From an uncultured Planctomycetia bacterium (GTDB taxonomy: Bacteria > Omnitrophota > Gorgyraeia > 2-02-FULL-51-18): DNA of 64,000 nt. Shown here one piece after another: positions 52,362-62,093 of the stretch (the first letter of the stretch is position 1; each line of letters opens with the position of its first letter). The position numbers were made by a program, and so were the translations under genes. Under the pieces are notes generated by a model, which saw nothing but the letters and a program-made list of their open reading frames with translations, had not been told where the DNA came from and searched no databases. Location: assembly GCA_964642015.1 (NCBI GenBank), contig CAZXLF010000002.1, positions 2,717 to 66,716 on the forward strand, written 5' to 3'.

Positions 52362-52658
52362 ATGGATACGAAAGATCTGATCTTTTCAAAAAATCCCAAT
52401 TTTGTCTTCCGCCAGATAGCCGGTGAGTCTTTATTGATCCCGATCCGAAAAAAACTGAATCAAGTGAACAGTCTTTACGTCTTAAATGAGACAGCGGCCG
52501 CTTTTTGGAACCGGTTGGACGGCCAATGCTCCATAAACCGCATTTTGAATGATCTCACGCAGGTATTCGATGTGTCACTCGAGCAACTTGAGCAAGATAC
52601 GTCAGTGTTGGTCCAGGATCTTTTGAGCATCGAGGCTATTCAAGAAGCCATTTCTTAA
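52362..52658 (+). CDS. PqqD family RiPP recognition element (stand-alone RRE)
   Basis: FVFRQIAGESLLIP...LYVLNETAAAFW..LDG.......L...FDV..EQ...D....V..L. Confidence 0.9.
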   Translation: MDTKDLIFSKNPNFVFRQIAGESLLIPIRKKLNQVNSLYVLNETAAAFWNRLDGQCSINRILNDLTQVFDVSLEQLEQDTSVLVQDLLSIEAIQEAIS

Positions 52659-52675
52659 TTCTAAAAAATGGAAGA

Positions 52676-53575
52676 ATGGATAAAATAGATCTAAAAATTC
52701 CCAGCCATTATCCACTTCACTGCCAATGGGAAATCACCTGTCGATGCAATTTGCGCTGTGTGATGTGCTACACCGATTGTTTTAATACGCCGCAAAAGAT
52801 CAAAGAAGAGCTGTCTACGGCGGAGATACTTCGGATCATGGGCGAGCTTGCTGAGGCGGGATGTCTTGAGCTGACGCTCACCGGAGGCGAACCTTTCGCA
52901 AGGCCTGATTTTTTTGAGATCTATGATTACGCGAAAGAAAAAGGCTTTCTTATCATCATATTTTCTAACGGAACCTTGATCACTGAAAAGATCGCCGATC
53001 GCTTTGCTATAAATCCGCCCGAGCGCATCGAAATCAGTTTTCACGGTCTTACCGAACGATCCTTTGAAGCGATCACAAAGGGGGCTGGTTCCTACCATAA
53101 ATGCCTGGAAGCGATCCGTTTGCTTCTGGAGCGCCGCATTCCGCTTGTCTTAAAAAGTGTGGCGATGACGGTCAACAAGGATGAAGTTCTGGCGATCAAG
53201 AAATTCTCTAAAGAGCTGGGGCCTGTGGTTTATCATCTCGGCGAAGAAATACGGATGGCCATCGACGGAGGTGAAGCGCCTTTTCAATATCAGCTTTCCG
53301 AGCAAGAACTTGAAACGATCCACCGGCAGGATCCGGCTATTTGGAAAGAGGCTTGTTGCAAAAAAGAGTCTCCTGTACCTGTTTGTCAAAGCGCGAGGCA
53401 AAATTTTCACATTGATGCCTATGGGCAGCTTCAACGCTGTTCGGGTAACCGCTTGGCGAGCTATGACCTGCGCTCAGGCTCATTCAAAGAAGGTTTTTAT
53501 CGATTTCTTCAAGATTTTCCTTGTCCGGCAAAGTGCAATGAAGCGGTAAAAACGGAAATTTATGGGTTGTTATGA
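52676..53575 (+). CDS. Radical SAM protein with short Twitch/SPASM-like C-terminus
   Basis: WEITCRCNLRCVMCY (CxxxCxxC), LTGGEP, C...NFHIDAYGQLQRC. Confidence 0.9.
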   Translation: MDKIDLKIPSHYPLHCQWEITCRCNLRCVMCYTDCFNTPQKIKEELSTAEILRIMGELAEAGCLELTLTGGEPFARPDFFEIYDYAKEKGFLIIIFSNGTLITEKIADRFAINPPERIEISFHGLTERSFEAITKGAGSYHKCLEAIRLLLERRIPLVLKSVAMTVNKDEVLAIKKFSKELGPVVYHLGEEIRMAIDGGEAPFQYQLSEQELETIHRQDPAIWKEACCKKESPVPVCQSARQNFHIDAYGQLQRCSGNRLASYDLRSGSFKEGFYRFLQDFPCPAKCNEAVKTEIYGLL

Positions 53576-54693
53576 TCTTAAATCCGAATAAGATCTCCAA
53601 AATGGAATATGGTGATTTTAGTCTTAACATTCATGAGAAGGCCGGCACAGAATGCGTGATCAAAGCGCAGATGGAACTTACTTACCGCTGCAATCTCCAT
53701 TGCCGTCATTGTTATACCGACCCTTTCAATCGTAAGGAGTATTTCCCTAAAGAAATGGAATTGGCGGAGGTTAAAAGGATTCTTGATGAAATGGCGGCGT
53801 TGGGGATCTTATGGCTTAACTTCACCGGCGGCGAAGCGTTGATGAGAAAGGATTTCTTTGAGATCTATGATTACGCGTGGGCTAAAGGTTTTATTTTGAC
53901 GCTTTATACCAACGGCACCATGATCACTGAATCGGTGATCAACAAATTAAAAGATAAACCGCCGTTTTTTATCGATGTCTCATGTCACTCGATAACCGAA
54001 GAGAGTTTTGATTGGTTTACGCAAGTCAAAGGGTCGTTTCGTCATTTTCTCAAGAGCATGGAACTCTTGAAAGCGAGCGGCTTGCCTTTCCGGATGAAAA
54101 CGATCGGGATGAATTGGAACAAGAAAGAGCTGCCGTACATAAAGGAATATGTCGAATCTTTTGGGATTTCCTTTCATCCAACCACAGCTCTTTATCCAAG
54201 ATTAACCGGCGATCTTGAGCCTTTGAAATTGAGGCTTTCTCCTGAGGAAGCGGTCGATCTGCAGGTTGGATCAGAGGTATTTCAGGAAGATGAATGTCTT
54301 GACTCAGACTCTGTTTACAGCACTATTCCAAACCGACTTTATCGCTGTACTTGCGCGACTAATGCGATCCATATCAACGCATGGGCGGAACTTGGCACCT
54401 GCGGGTTGGAATATGAGGCCAGAGCTTCTCTTCGAGAATATTCTTTAAAGGAGGCTATCTCACAGGTTTTTGAGAAAGTTCGCTCGCTCAGGTTTGAAAC
54501 AAACACACCTTGCCGGGATTGTTCGCTATTCTCATTTTGCAACAAAAAGCCGACCTCTGCGCGTTGGGAATTCAAAGACCCCCAGAGGGCGAATCCTTAT
54601 GAATGTGATGTAGCTTTTTTAAAAGCGTCGCGGTTAACAGGTAAAACACAAATGCACCCGTTAAAAAAAGAGGAGAGTGGCTATGCCGGATAA
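53572..54693 (+). CDS. Radical SAM/SPASM domain peptide maturase
   Basis: ELTYRCNLHCRHCY, FTGGE, CTC...HINAW..LGTC, CRDC.....C SPASM cysteines. Confidence 0.9.
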   Translation: MILNPNKISKMEYGDFSLNIHEKAGTECVIKAQMELTYRCNLHCRHCYTDPFNRKEYFPKEMELAEVKRILDEMAALGILWLNFTGGEALMRKDFFEIYDYAWAKGFILTLYTNGTMITESVINKLKDKPPFFIDVSCHSITEESFDWFTQVKGSFRHFLKSMELLKASGLPFRMKTIGMNWNKKELPYIKEYVESFGISFHPTTALYPRLTGDLEPLKLRLSPEEAVDLQVGSEVFQEDECLDSDSVYSTIPNRLYRCTCATNAIHINAWAELGTCGLEYEARASLREYSLKEAISQVFEKVRSLRFETNTPCRDCSLFSFCNKKPTSARWEFKDPQRANPYECDVAFLKASRLTGKTQMHPLKKEESGYAG

Positions 54694-54865
54694 AAAGAAG
54701 TACATTACGCCTCAAATATTTGAGGTCCCGTTAAGGCAAGAACAGGCTGTGCTTACTAGTTGCAATACTAATTGGTCCAATTCTACATCCGGCGGAAATG
54801 GCAAGTGCACCAGCGGTGGATGTAAAAATGGAGGAGGGACCAATAATGCAAACCCTCCATCTTAA
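54683..54865 (+). CDS. Putative RiPP precursor peptide (60 aa)
   Basis: RBS AGGAG 7 nt before ATG 54683; leader KKKYITPQI...L (YxxP RRE-binding motif); Gly/Ser/Asn/Cys-rich core; lies between maturase genes. Confidence 0.85.
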   Translation: MPDKKKYITPQIFEVPLRQEQAVLTSCNTNWSNSTSGGNGKCTSGGCKNGGGTNNANPPS

Positions 54866-54889
54866 ACGCTTATTTCAAGACTAGTCCAA

Positions 54890-55783
54890 ATGCTGATTTC
54901 ATTGGGGATTGGCGGCTATAAAGTTTCAATAGAAGAGCCTAGAGATCGTTTCTGCTTTTTTTGGCCTCTTGCTAGATTTGAACCATTTCTTTCTAATGAA
55001 ACAGCGAATTCAGATATCACTGTTAAAGTCCATATCGTTAAAAAACTAGCAGTGCTTAATAATGAAAATTTGATCTTTGATTCCGGAATAGGTTATTGGA
55101 AACTTTATGATAATGGGCCTAAGGGTTATTTATTTGAAAGTTGCCGTGCAGAGAATGGCCGGCTTTTTTTGCAAGCGGCCATATCGCATGATCTTTCAGA
55201 GGTTGAAGTGACCGTCAAAGAAACCCGCATGAAAGGTAGTGCGCGCGGCGGTTGGGGGCCTGCCACTATTATCAGTCCGCTTCTCGAATTTGTGCTTCAG
55301 GAGAAACTTGCTAGAGATGGCGGCGTGATGCTTCACAGCTCCGCAATATTGGCAGAAAATGAAGTGCTTGTTTTTTTTGGCCCTTCCGGTGCCGGTAAAT
55401 CAACAGCGGCAAATTTTTTTCTGAATAAAGGATATACAGTTCTCAATGATGAGCGCGTGATCATCCGGCGGGAAGGCGACGAGTTTAAAGCATATGGTAC
55501 TCCATGGCCCGGTTCAAGTTTTCTTTATTCGGGTGCACAGGGTCGAATGAGACAGATTTTTAAAATCGGCCATGGGCAGGGAAAGCATATGTTAAATAAA
55601 ATGTCGACCAGAGTAATGATGGCCACTTTATTTCAAGAGGCCTACTTGCCCCATTGGACCGTGATGGGAATGGATAAAACAACTCGTTTTTTTGAGGAAC
55701 TGGCAACTACTTTTGGTTCTCTTGAACTTTTATTTTGTAAATCTTCGGATATCGTTGACTTCCTAACAGAAATTTTTTTTTAA
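54890..55783 (+). CDS. HprK-related kinase (ScmC-like/lasso-kinase-like)
   Basis: MLHSSAI......FFGPSGAGKST, LNDER, AYGTPW motifs. Confidence 0.8.
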   Translation: MLISLGIGGYKVSIEEPRDRFCFFWPLARFEPFLSNETANSDITVKVHIVKKLAVLNNENLIFDSGIGYWKLYDNGPKGYLFESCRAENGRLFLQAAISHDLSEVEVTVKETRMKGSARGGWGPATIISPLLEFVLQEKLARDGGVMLHSSAILAENEVLVFFGPSGAGKSTAANFFLNKGYTVLNDERVIIRREGDEFKAYGTPWPGSSFLYSGAQGRMRQIFKIGHGQGKHMLNKMSTRVMMATLFQEAYLPHWTVMGMDKTTRFFEELATTFGSLELLFCKSSDIVDFLTEIFF

Positions 55784-55796
55784 TGCGAGTCATTTA

Positions 55797-56843
55797 ATGA
55801 AAATTTTAAACGAGAATATTCTCTATCAATCCGTCGCTTTAGGTTCAAAGACCGAAAAGATACCTTCAAAAGTTTTATTTGAGTTAACTTATGGCTGCAA
55901 TTTCCGCTGCGTACATTGTTATAATCCCACACATCAGGCGCGGCCTGAAGAGCTTTCAACAAAAGAAATACATCGAATCTTAAATGAAATTGCAGACTTG
56001 GGTGTTTTATCTATCATTTTTACAGGCGGGGAATTATTTACACGTCCTGATATTTTAGAAATTCTCGAGCATGCCAAGCGATTAGGGCTTTTAATCGACA
56101 TTTTTACCAATGCGAGCCTGTTAACAGACTTGATCGTTAAAAGGCTTGATGAATTAGGGATCCGCGACATGGTCGTTTCGATTTATGGAACGACTCCGTC
56201 CACATTTGAAAAGGTCACTCGTCAAGCGAACTCTTATGAGCGTTTCTTGCGTGGAATCGTGGCGCTTGCAAAATCCTCTTTGAATGTCCACATTCGAATT
56301 CCTCTATTAACTTTGAATAAACATGAAGCCGAGACCGCCAAACTGTTTGTCGAAAGTATGGGATTTCCGTTTCGCTTTTATCTTGAAATTGAGCCTCGCC
56401 AAGATGGTAATCAAGAACCGTTGCAGTACAATCTTAATGCGGGTGAAAAAATGGATATTTTAAAAAGATTACGTCCAGAGGCTTTGGAAAAACCTCCTTT
56501 TGAAGAAAAGCAATTTTCAACGGATTTTATTGAATGCGCTTGCGGTAAGGAACAGTTCGCAGTGACTCCCTACGGAAAAATGAACTTTTGCGTTTCTTTT
56601 CCAACACCGAATTATGACTTGCGCTGCGGTACCGTCAAAGAAGGCTGGCAAATACTTCAGAAATTGGTCCGAGAAGCTAAACCCAATGAAAATTATCATT
56701 GTCCTGGCTGTGACGTCCGGTCGTTTTGCCAGCAAGGTCGTAGCGATGCCTGGCTCGAAACAGGCGACATGAGCGTATGCCTCCCACGTTTTAAAGAAGC
56801 CGCCACTCTTCATAAGACAGCGGTCATTCATAAGACGATCTGA
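55797..56843 (+). CDS. Radical SAM/SPASM domain peptide maturase
   Basis: ELTYGCNFRCVHCY, FTGGE, CACG....VTPYGKMNFC, CPGC.....C. Confidence 0.9.
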   Translation: MKILNENILYQSVALGSKTEKIPSKVLFELTYGCNFRCVHCYNPTHQARPEELSTKEIHRILNEIADLGVLSIIFTGGELFTRPDILEILEHAKRLGLLIDIFTNASLLTDLIVKRLDELGIRDMVVSIYGTTPSTFEKVTRQANSYERFLRGIVALAKSSLNVHIRIPLLTLNKHEAETAKLFVESMGFPFRFYLEIEPRQDGNQEPLQYNLNAGEKMDILKRLRPEALEKPPFEEKQFSTDFIECACGKEQFAVTPYGKMNFCVSFPTPNYDLRCGTVKEGWQILQKLVREAKPNENYHCPGCDVRSFCQQGRSDAWLETGDMSVCLPRFKEAATLHKTAVIHKTI

Positions 56844-56955
56844 TGAGGGTCTGTAGCCGGATGGGCTGGTTGATTTTAAGATTGTTTTATTGGTTGCGTT
56901 CAAGCATACCAGCGTTTTTTAATGAGGGCGGTGCCAACTTCGCTGCGCTGTACCC

Positions 56956-57777
56956 ATGATCAATCTGTTACAATCCACGGAATCAGATGGAAGATTTTCC
57001 TTGCAAGAAATAATACAAACAGAGGATTCCGATCTGTCGCTTACTTTTAAGACGGCTGGTTGGAGCATGTTTCCTACGTTAAGGAACAATGACTGCATTG
57101 AGCTTTCGAGAATCCAAGATTACGAAGTAGGAGATCTTGTTGTTTTTCGTCAAAATAACAGGTTAATTTGCCACCGCATCTCAGAGATTCATTTGAATGG
57201 CCGGATACGGACGAGTAGTATCGGAGGTGAACATTTCATTCGGCAAAACGATATTTTGGGCAAAGTCAATTCGATCATTCGAGGCAAAAACCATTTTTGT
57301 CCTTCGAAAACCCAGAAAAAACTACAACTATTCGATCGTTTTTGGATCCATTTGAATATAAATTTAGAAACTATTCAGAATAAGTGTCGTGAATTAATGT
57401 TTGATGTATTTGTTTTGATCAACCGGATCCTGATCTTTAATCAGATCATTTTATTTTTTATGAATAAAAACGTTCACTATTCGATCGGTTCTAAAGCTCA
57501 GGTTGGTCCATTGGATTGCTACCGATTGATTCCTGTTCAGAAAAAGCTCACGCAAGGTTCGATGATTGCGTTAAAGGAAAGTCTAAAAAATGGTAAAGAC
57601 TGTTCAATCCTTGTCGCGCAATTGGCAGGACGTTATGCGGCGACTTTTGAATTTGCTTCAGGCAAAGTATGGCTTCATGACCGTCTAAAAATTACGAATT
57701 TCAAAGCAGAGATTTCACGCTTTGCAGAAAAACTGTGTCACGAATTGAAAGGATATTGTGAACTTAGCGGTGATTGA
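56956..57777 (+). CDS. S24/S26-family peptidase-domain protein
   Basis: GWSMFPTL..ND, GDLVVF, ICHRI (Ser/His type signal-peptidase-like motifs). Confidence 0.75.
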   Translation: MINLLQSTESDGRFSLQEIIQTEDSDLSLTFKTAGWSMFPTLRNNDCIELSRIQDYEVGDLVVFRQNNRLICHRISEIHLNGRIRTSSIGGEHFIRQNDILGKVNSIIRGKNHFCPSKTQKKLQLFDRFWIHLNINLETIQNKCRELMFDVFVLINRILIFNQIILFFMNKNVHYSIGSKAQVGPLDCYRLIPVQKKLTQGSMIALKESLKNGKDCSILVAQLAGRYAATFEFASGKVWLHDRLKITNFKAEISRFAEKLCHELKGYCELSGD

Positions 57778-58558
57778 AGCAACAAATCTAACAAAAACCT
57801 ACTCAGCCGGCACGGGATTATTGGACTGGCTTTTTCGGAATTCATCTATGAAGCCAAAAACAACGGCTCTCAACGGTGTAAATTTACGCATCGAGAAAGG
57901 CGAAATCATCACTTTGCTTGGGCCTAACGGCGCAGGCAAAACGACCCTCATAAAAATTTTAGCCGGTCTTATGACTCCGGACAGTGGTAACGTTAATATT
58001 TGCGGTTTTGACACGGTCAAAGATCTTGCGAAAACTAAACAGTGCGTGAGTCTAGTGCTGGGTGAAGAGAAGAGTTTTTACTGGCGGCTTACAGGACGTC
58101 AAAATCTCGAGTTTTTTGGAATTCTTTACAATCTTTCAAGAGATCGCATCCGCCAAAAGATCAAACAGGCGGCCGAGCTTCTTGACCTCGATCTGGACAA
58201 ACGCTACCAGGAATGTTCGACGGGTATGAAATTTCGTCTGGCGCTGGCGCGTGGATTTTTGAGCGATGCAAAATTGATCCTGATGGATGAACCGACTAGA
58301 AGTTTGGATCCTAATGTAGCAAACCGGCTGAGGGAATTGATCAAAACAATGCGTAACGAGAAAGGATGCGCGTTTTTTTTCGCCACACACGATGTCCATG
58401 AGGCCGAAACGGTCGCCGATAGGATTGTAATCTTGGATCAGGGAAAGATCAGGGCAAGCGGAAGATTGAGCGATCTAAGAAATATTTTAGGGAACAATGA
58501 GGCATCAGTGGAAGATATCTTTCAGCGTGTGACCATCGAGGATCAGTATGTTTTTTAG
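57758..58558 (+). CDS. ABC transporter ATP-binding protein
   Basis: GPNGAGKTT, STGMK.RL.LAR, LMDEPT, ATH. Confidence 0.93.
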   Translation: MNLAVIEATNLTKTYSAGTGLLDWLFRNSSMKPKTTALNGVNLRIEKGEIITLLGPNGAGKTTLIKILAGLMTPDSGNVNICGFDTVKDLAKTKQCVSLVLGEEKSFYWRLTGRQNLEFFGILYNLSRDRIRQKIKQAAELLDLDLDKRYQECSTGMKFRLALARGFLSDAKLILMDEPTRSLDPNVANRLRELIKTMRNEKGCAFFFATHDVHEAETVADRIVILDQGKIRASGRLSDLRNILGNNEASVEDIFQRVTIEDQYVF

Positions 58559-59357
58559 AAAATTTTTTGCGATCATATACCGCGATGCGCTCGAAGCATT
58601 AAGTTACAAAACCGCATTTTTTACCGATTTATTAGCGATGACAGCACAGCTCTTGATCTTCTTTTTTGTGGGGCGCATGATCGGGCCGCAGGCAGCCCCG
58701 TTTCTTAGTGAATATGGCGGTGAGTATTTTCCATTCGTGCTTATTGGTATTGCTGTCGCAGGGTTTTGTATGGCCGGTACGAACAGCTTCACTGGTACGA
58801 TCATGAAGGAGCAGGGCGACGGAACGCTTGAGGCCATTTTTGTGACCCCGACCTCTCTTGGTGTATTCATGTTCACGGGATTTATTCGGACATTCGTTTC
58901 AAGCTCCTGTCGGGTATTTGTGTTTTTATTGATGGGGTTGTTATTTTTTAAGATACGTTTACCTATGGTTAACATCCCGGTTTTCTTGCTTCTTCTGGTC
59001 TTGTCGATGGTCGTTTTTGGAAGTTTTGGGCTTTTTTCAGGAGGAGCATTGCTCGTGCTTAAAAGAGGTGATCCTTTCACGCATTTGTTCAATGCCGCTT
59101 CTCGTTTTCTTGCAGGCGTTTATTTTCCTGTTACGCTTCTGCCGCTGTGGCTTCAAAAGGTTTCTTTATGGATGCCGATGACCTATGCGCTTCAGGCGAT
59201 AAGAAAGGCGGTTCTAATCGGTGCCTCTGTTCATGATCTGCAGGCGGAGATGATCACACTGGCGCTTTTTTCGGCCGTTTTATTTTTTTGCGGCATAGCT
59301 TTTTTTAACTGGTGTTTTGAGAAAGCTCGAAAGGAAGGATCCCTTGCTTTCCGCTAA
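58548..59357 (+). CDS. ABC-2 type transporter permease
   Basis: EQ..GTLE....TP, GVYFPV..LP.WLQ.....PMTY.....R motifs, 6 TM segments. Confidence 0.9.
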   Translation: MFFRKFFAIIYRDALEALSYKTAFFTDLLAMTAQLLIFFFVGRMIGPQAAPFLSEYGGEYFPFVLIGIAVAGFCMAGTNSFTGTIMKEQGDGTLEAIFVTPTSLGVFMFTGFIRTFVSSSCRVFVFLLMGLLFFKIRLPMVNIPVFLLLLVLSMVVFGSFGLFSGGALLVLKRGDPFTHLFNAASRFLAGVYFPVTLLPLWLQKVSLWMPMTYALQAIRKAVLIGASVHDLQAEMITLALFSAVLFFCGIAFFNWCFEKARKEGSLAFR

Positions 59358-60285
59358 ACCATTTTTGGAAGAAACTTTTTCCACGAACCACTTGGATTAC
59401 GAACGTGTGCTTACCCGAAACCGCAGGAGGCTTGATTTCCTTTTGGAGCTCGAAAGCGATCTAGCGATGGAGAACGTTGATCTTTTACCTTTAAAAGGGA
59501 TGGATCTTTTAATACGCGCTTATCCCTCGCTGGGAATGCGCCCGATGACTGATATTGATCTCCTCATCCATAAAAAAGACATCCCAAAAGTGAAGCGGTT
59601 GCTGGAGCATAAAGATCTGCAATGGTCCGCTGATGAGAACCTTAGCTACTATGACCCCAATTCTTTTATCATTTTAGATATCGTTTGGAATGTCTGGTAC
59701 ATGCCGGACTCGCGGCCGGTTTGGCAGCGTTCATCGCTTTATGCGACAAATGAAGGCAAAGCATTAAAATTGATGCATTCCGAAGATGCTTTGACCTATT
59801 TGATCGCTTATACGATAGCGCATCGCACAGAAATAAATTCTATTTTTTTACAAGACCTCAAATTTTTTTTGGATAAAGAATCCCATAAAATTGATTGGGA
59901 CCACTGGGCTTCAACAGTGAAAAACCTTCACTTAGGCCCAACAGTTTTTTATGGGTTGTCTTACGTCAGAAAAAGTGGGCTCGAAAGCATTCCGGAAGAA
60001 ATAGTTTGTAAACTTCGTCCAACCTCCTATGCGGAAAAAAAATTAAATTTTTATTATCAAAATGTTTTGGAACTAAAAAAAAAGCCGGCGAATTATTTGC
60101 GGACTTGGCTAAGTTATCCGGGATGGAGAGGTAAAATAAAGCTATTACGTATTAAATTTTTGCCTTCCAAATGGCAATTTGAATTGCGTTTTGGACGAAA
60201 AAGCTGGTTAAAATACCTGATTTTTTGCTTCGCCCATCCTTTCTGTGTATTATTCCGTGCCCTCACTGGCCCTTTTATTGAATAA
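59317..60285 (+). CDS. Nucleotidyltransferase family protein (NTP_transf_5-like); start uncertain
   Basis: LLPLKGMDL...AYP..GMRPMTDIDLLI, later LQDL and IDWD. Confidence 0.85.
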   Translation: MRKLERKDPLLSAKPFLEETFSTNHLDYERVLTRNRRRLDFLLELESDLAMENVDLLPLKGMDLLIRAYPSLGMRPMTDIDLLIHKKDIPKVKRLLEHKDLQWSADENLSYYDPNSFIILDIVWNVWYMPDSRPVWQRSSLYATNEGKALKLMHSEDALTYLIAYTIAHRTEINSIFLQDLKFFLDKESHKIDWDHWASTVKNLHLGPTVFYGLSYVRKSGLESIPEEIVCKLRPTSYAEKKLNFYYQNVLELKKKPANYLRTWLSYPGWRGKIKLLRIKFLPSKWQFELRFGRKSWLKYLIFCFAHPFCVLFRALTGPFIE

Positions 60286-60726
60286 AAAACAGATTTCATC
60301 GGATTATATCTTCTCAAAAAGTCATCAGCAGATGCTTCGCGATCTTGATAAGCATGATACTTTAATTGAACTGGTCCGGCACTCTTGCGGAGCGTTGCAG
60401 ACTATGAAAAATGATGCGCTCGGCAAGCATTTTTTACTTTGCGCTGAACTCGCGGATCGAATACAGGCGAAACGATTAGTTCGAACTCACCGCTGGAATC
60501 AAATGAATAATTTATTGCATCTGATAGAGCAGGATATTAATTCATAGCAGATTAAGTTAAACGACCAAAGTCTTAAATTTTTGAATCTAAGCCAATTGTT
60601 GCCATTTTTTGTCTTTTGTGTAATAATTGTAAACTGTTGTAATTTTTTAGTAAAAAAAGTTATATAAATATAACATCATATTGCTGTAAACATAAAGAGA
60701 AACACATTTTAATAGTCTGAGCTATT

Positions 60727-62085
60727 ATGCTGATTAGCGCTCGAACGAAGGGGATGATTGTCCCGTTCTTAAACTCATTTTTTATTTTAGGTATTACGAT
60801 AGCTTATGCAGCTGATATGCAATCCGGAATTCAATCCAATAGCGGACAAAATTTTGCTACAATACAGAATGCAGAGAAATATACAATCCAACCGCAGGAT
60901 AAACTTAATATTCAAGTGGCAGGAGAAAATGACTTGTGCGGAGTTTTTGTCGTAGGTCCTCAAGGGGATATTAACTACCCGCTTTTGGGAGCCGTTTATA
61001 TTCAGGGGCTTTCTTTGGGAGAGGTGAAGGATTTTTTGACAGATAGTCTCGGCAAGAAGTATTTGGTGAATCCGCGGGTACAGGTCACATTCTCTGAAAT
61101 GCCTCAACGTTCGATATCAGAAAAATCTTTGCCCGCAAGCGTTCCTACAGTCCCATCTATTCAAGATGTGTTAGCCAAAGTTCAAAATACAAAATCGGAT
61201 AACTCACAAGATTTGAAATCAGAGATCATGAGCATGATAACCCCATCTCCAGCAACCAAAGCAGAGTCTTTGATGAATTATAGCGACGCTGGAGCAACTA
61301 GTTTTGATAGCGATATTATCGACACGGGGGACAAATTGAACATTCAAGTTTATAAAGAGCCTGATCTCTCCGGCGTTTTCAGCGTGAACTCTTCAGGTAA
61401 GATCAATTATCCGTTGCTCGGTGAGGTTTATGCTCAATCGCTTTCGCTAGAAGAACTCAAACAGTTCCTTTATGACAAATTGAATGAAAAATATGTTACA
61501 AATCCTCAAATTGAGATTACGATCACAGAAAGCTCTACTAAATCTGTTTCGATGCTTGGTCAGATCAACAAGCCGGGCAATTATATTTTGACACATCACC
61601 TTACGCTTTTAAAATTGATCTCTCAGAACGGGGGCTTTACTCCTGATGCGTCGACTAAAAATGTCCGTATTGTCAGAACCAATGGTGACGGAAAAAAAGA
61701 GACTTTGGAAGTTGACGTTGATAAGGTAATTCAAGGACTAGCCGATGATGTGATCCTGAGATCAGGGGACATTATATTTGTGGATTTCAGGAGTAAGGAA
61801 GAAGTTAAGAAAGAAGTTGCAAAGAATTATATTACCCTCTTAGGGCAGGTAGCAAAGCCGGGGAATTATTTCTATAGCCCAAAGTTGACGTTGATCCGCC
61901 TGATCGGCGAAGCCGGAGGTTTTTCACCTTCAGCTGCGACTAACAGAATAAAGATCGTACGCAATGGTAAAGATGGTAAGCAGCAGATTTTATTTGTGGA
62001 TGCCGGGCGGATCATGGGCGGCGGTGTGAAGGATCTTGAGGTGGAAGAAGGGGATCTTATTATTGTGCCTGAATCTTATTTTTAA
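60727..62085 (+). CDS. Polysaccharide export protein (Wza-like, two Poly_export plus SLBB domains)
   Basis: D.LNIQV..E.DL.G...V...G.INYPLLG.V twice; LGQV.KPGNY, AGGF. Confidence 0.88.
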   Translation: MLISARTKGMIVPFLNSFFILGITIAYAADMQSGIQSNSGQNFATIQNAEKYTIQPQDKLNIQVAGENDLCGVFVVGPQGDINYPLLGAVYIQGLSLGEVKDFLTDSLGKKYLVNPRVQVTFSEMPQRSISEKSLPASVPTVPSIQDVLAKVQNTKSDNSQDLKSEIMSMITPSPATKAESLMNYSDAGATSFDSDIIDTGDKLNIQVYKEPDLSGVFSVNSSGKINYPLLGEVYAQSLSLEELKQFLYDKLNEKYVTNPQIEITITESSTKSVSMLGQINKPGNYILTHHLTLLKLISQNGGFTPDASTKNVRIVRTNGDGKKETLEVDVDKVIQGLADDVILRSGDIIFVDFRSKEEVKKEVAKNYITLLGQVAKPGNYFYSPKLTLIRLIGEAGGFSPSAATNRIKIVRNGKDGKQQILFVDAGRIMGGGVKDLEVEEGDLIIVPESYF

Positions 62086-62093
62086 GAATCGAT

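Noticed and set aside
52362-56843. PQQ or mycofactocin biosynthesis, suggested by PqqD plus rSAM
   Set aside because: No pqqB/pqqC or mft genes; the peptide lacks the ExxxY (PqqA) and IDGxCGVY (MftA) motifs
60245-60547. 100-aa ORF between the nucleotidyltransferase and wza
   Set aside because: GTG start overlapping the upstream gene and no recognisable motif; cannot be supported
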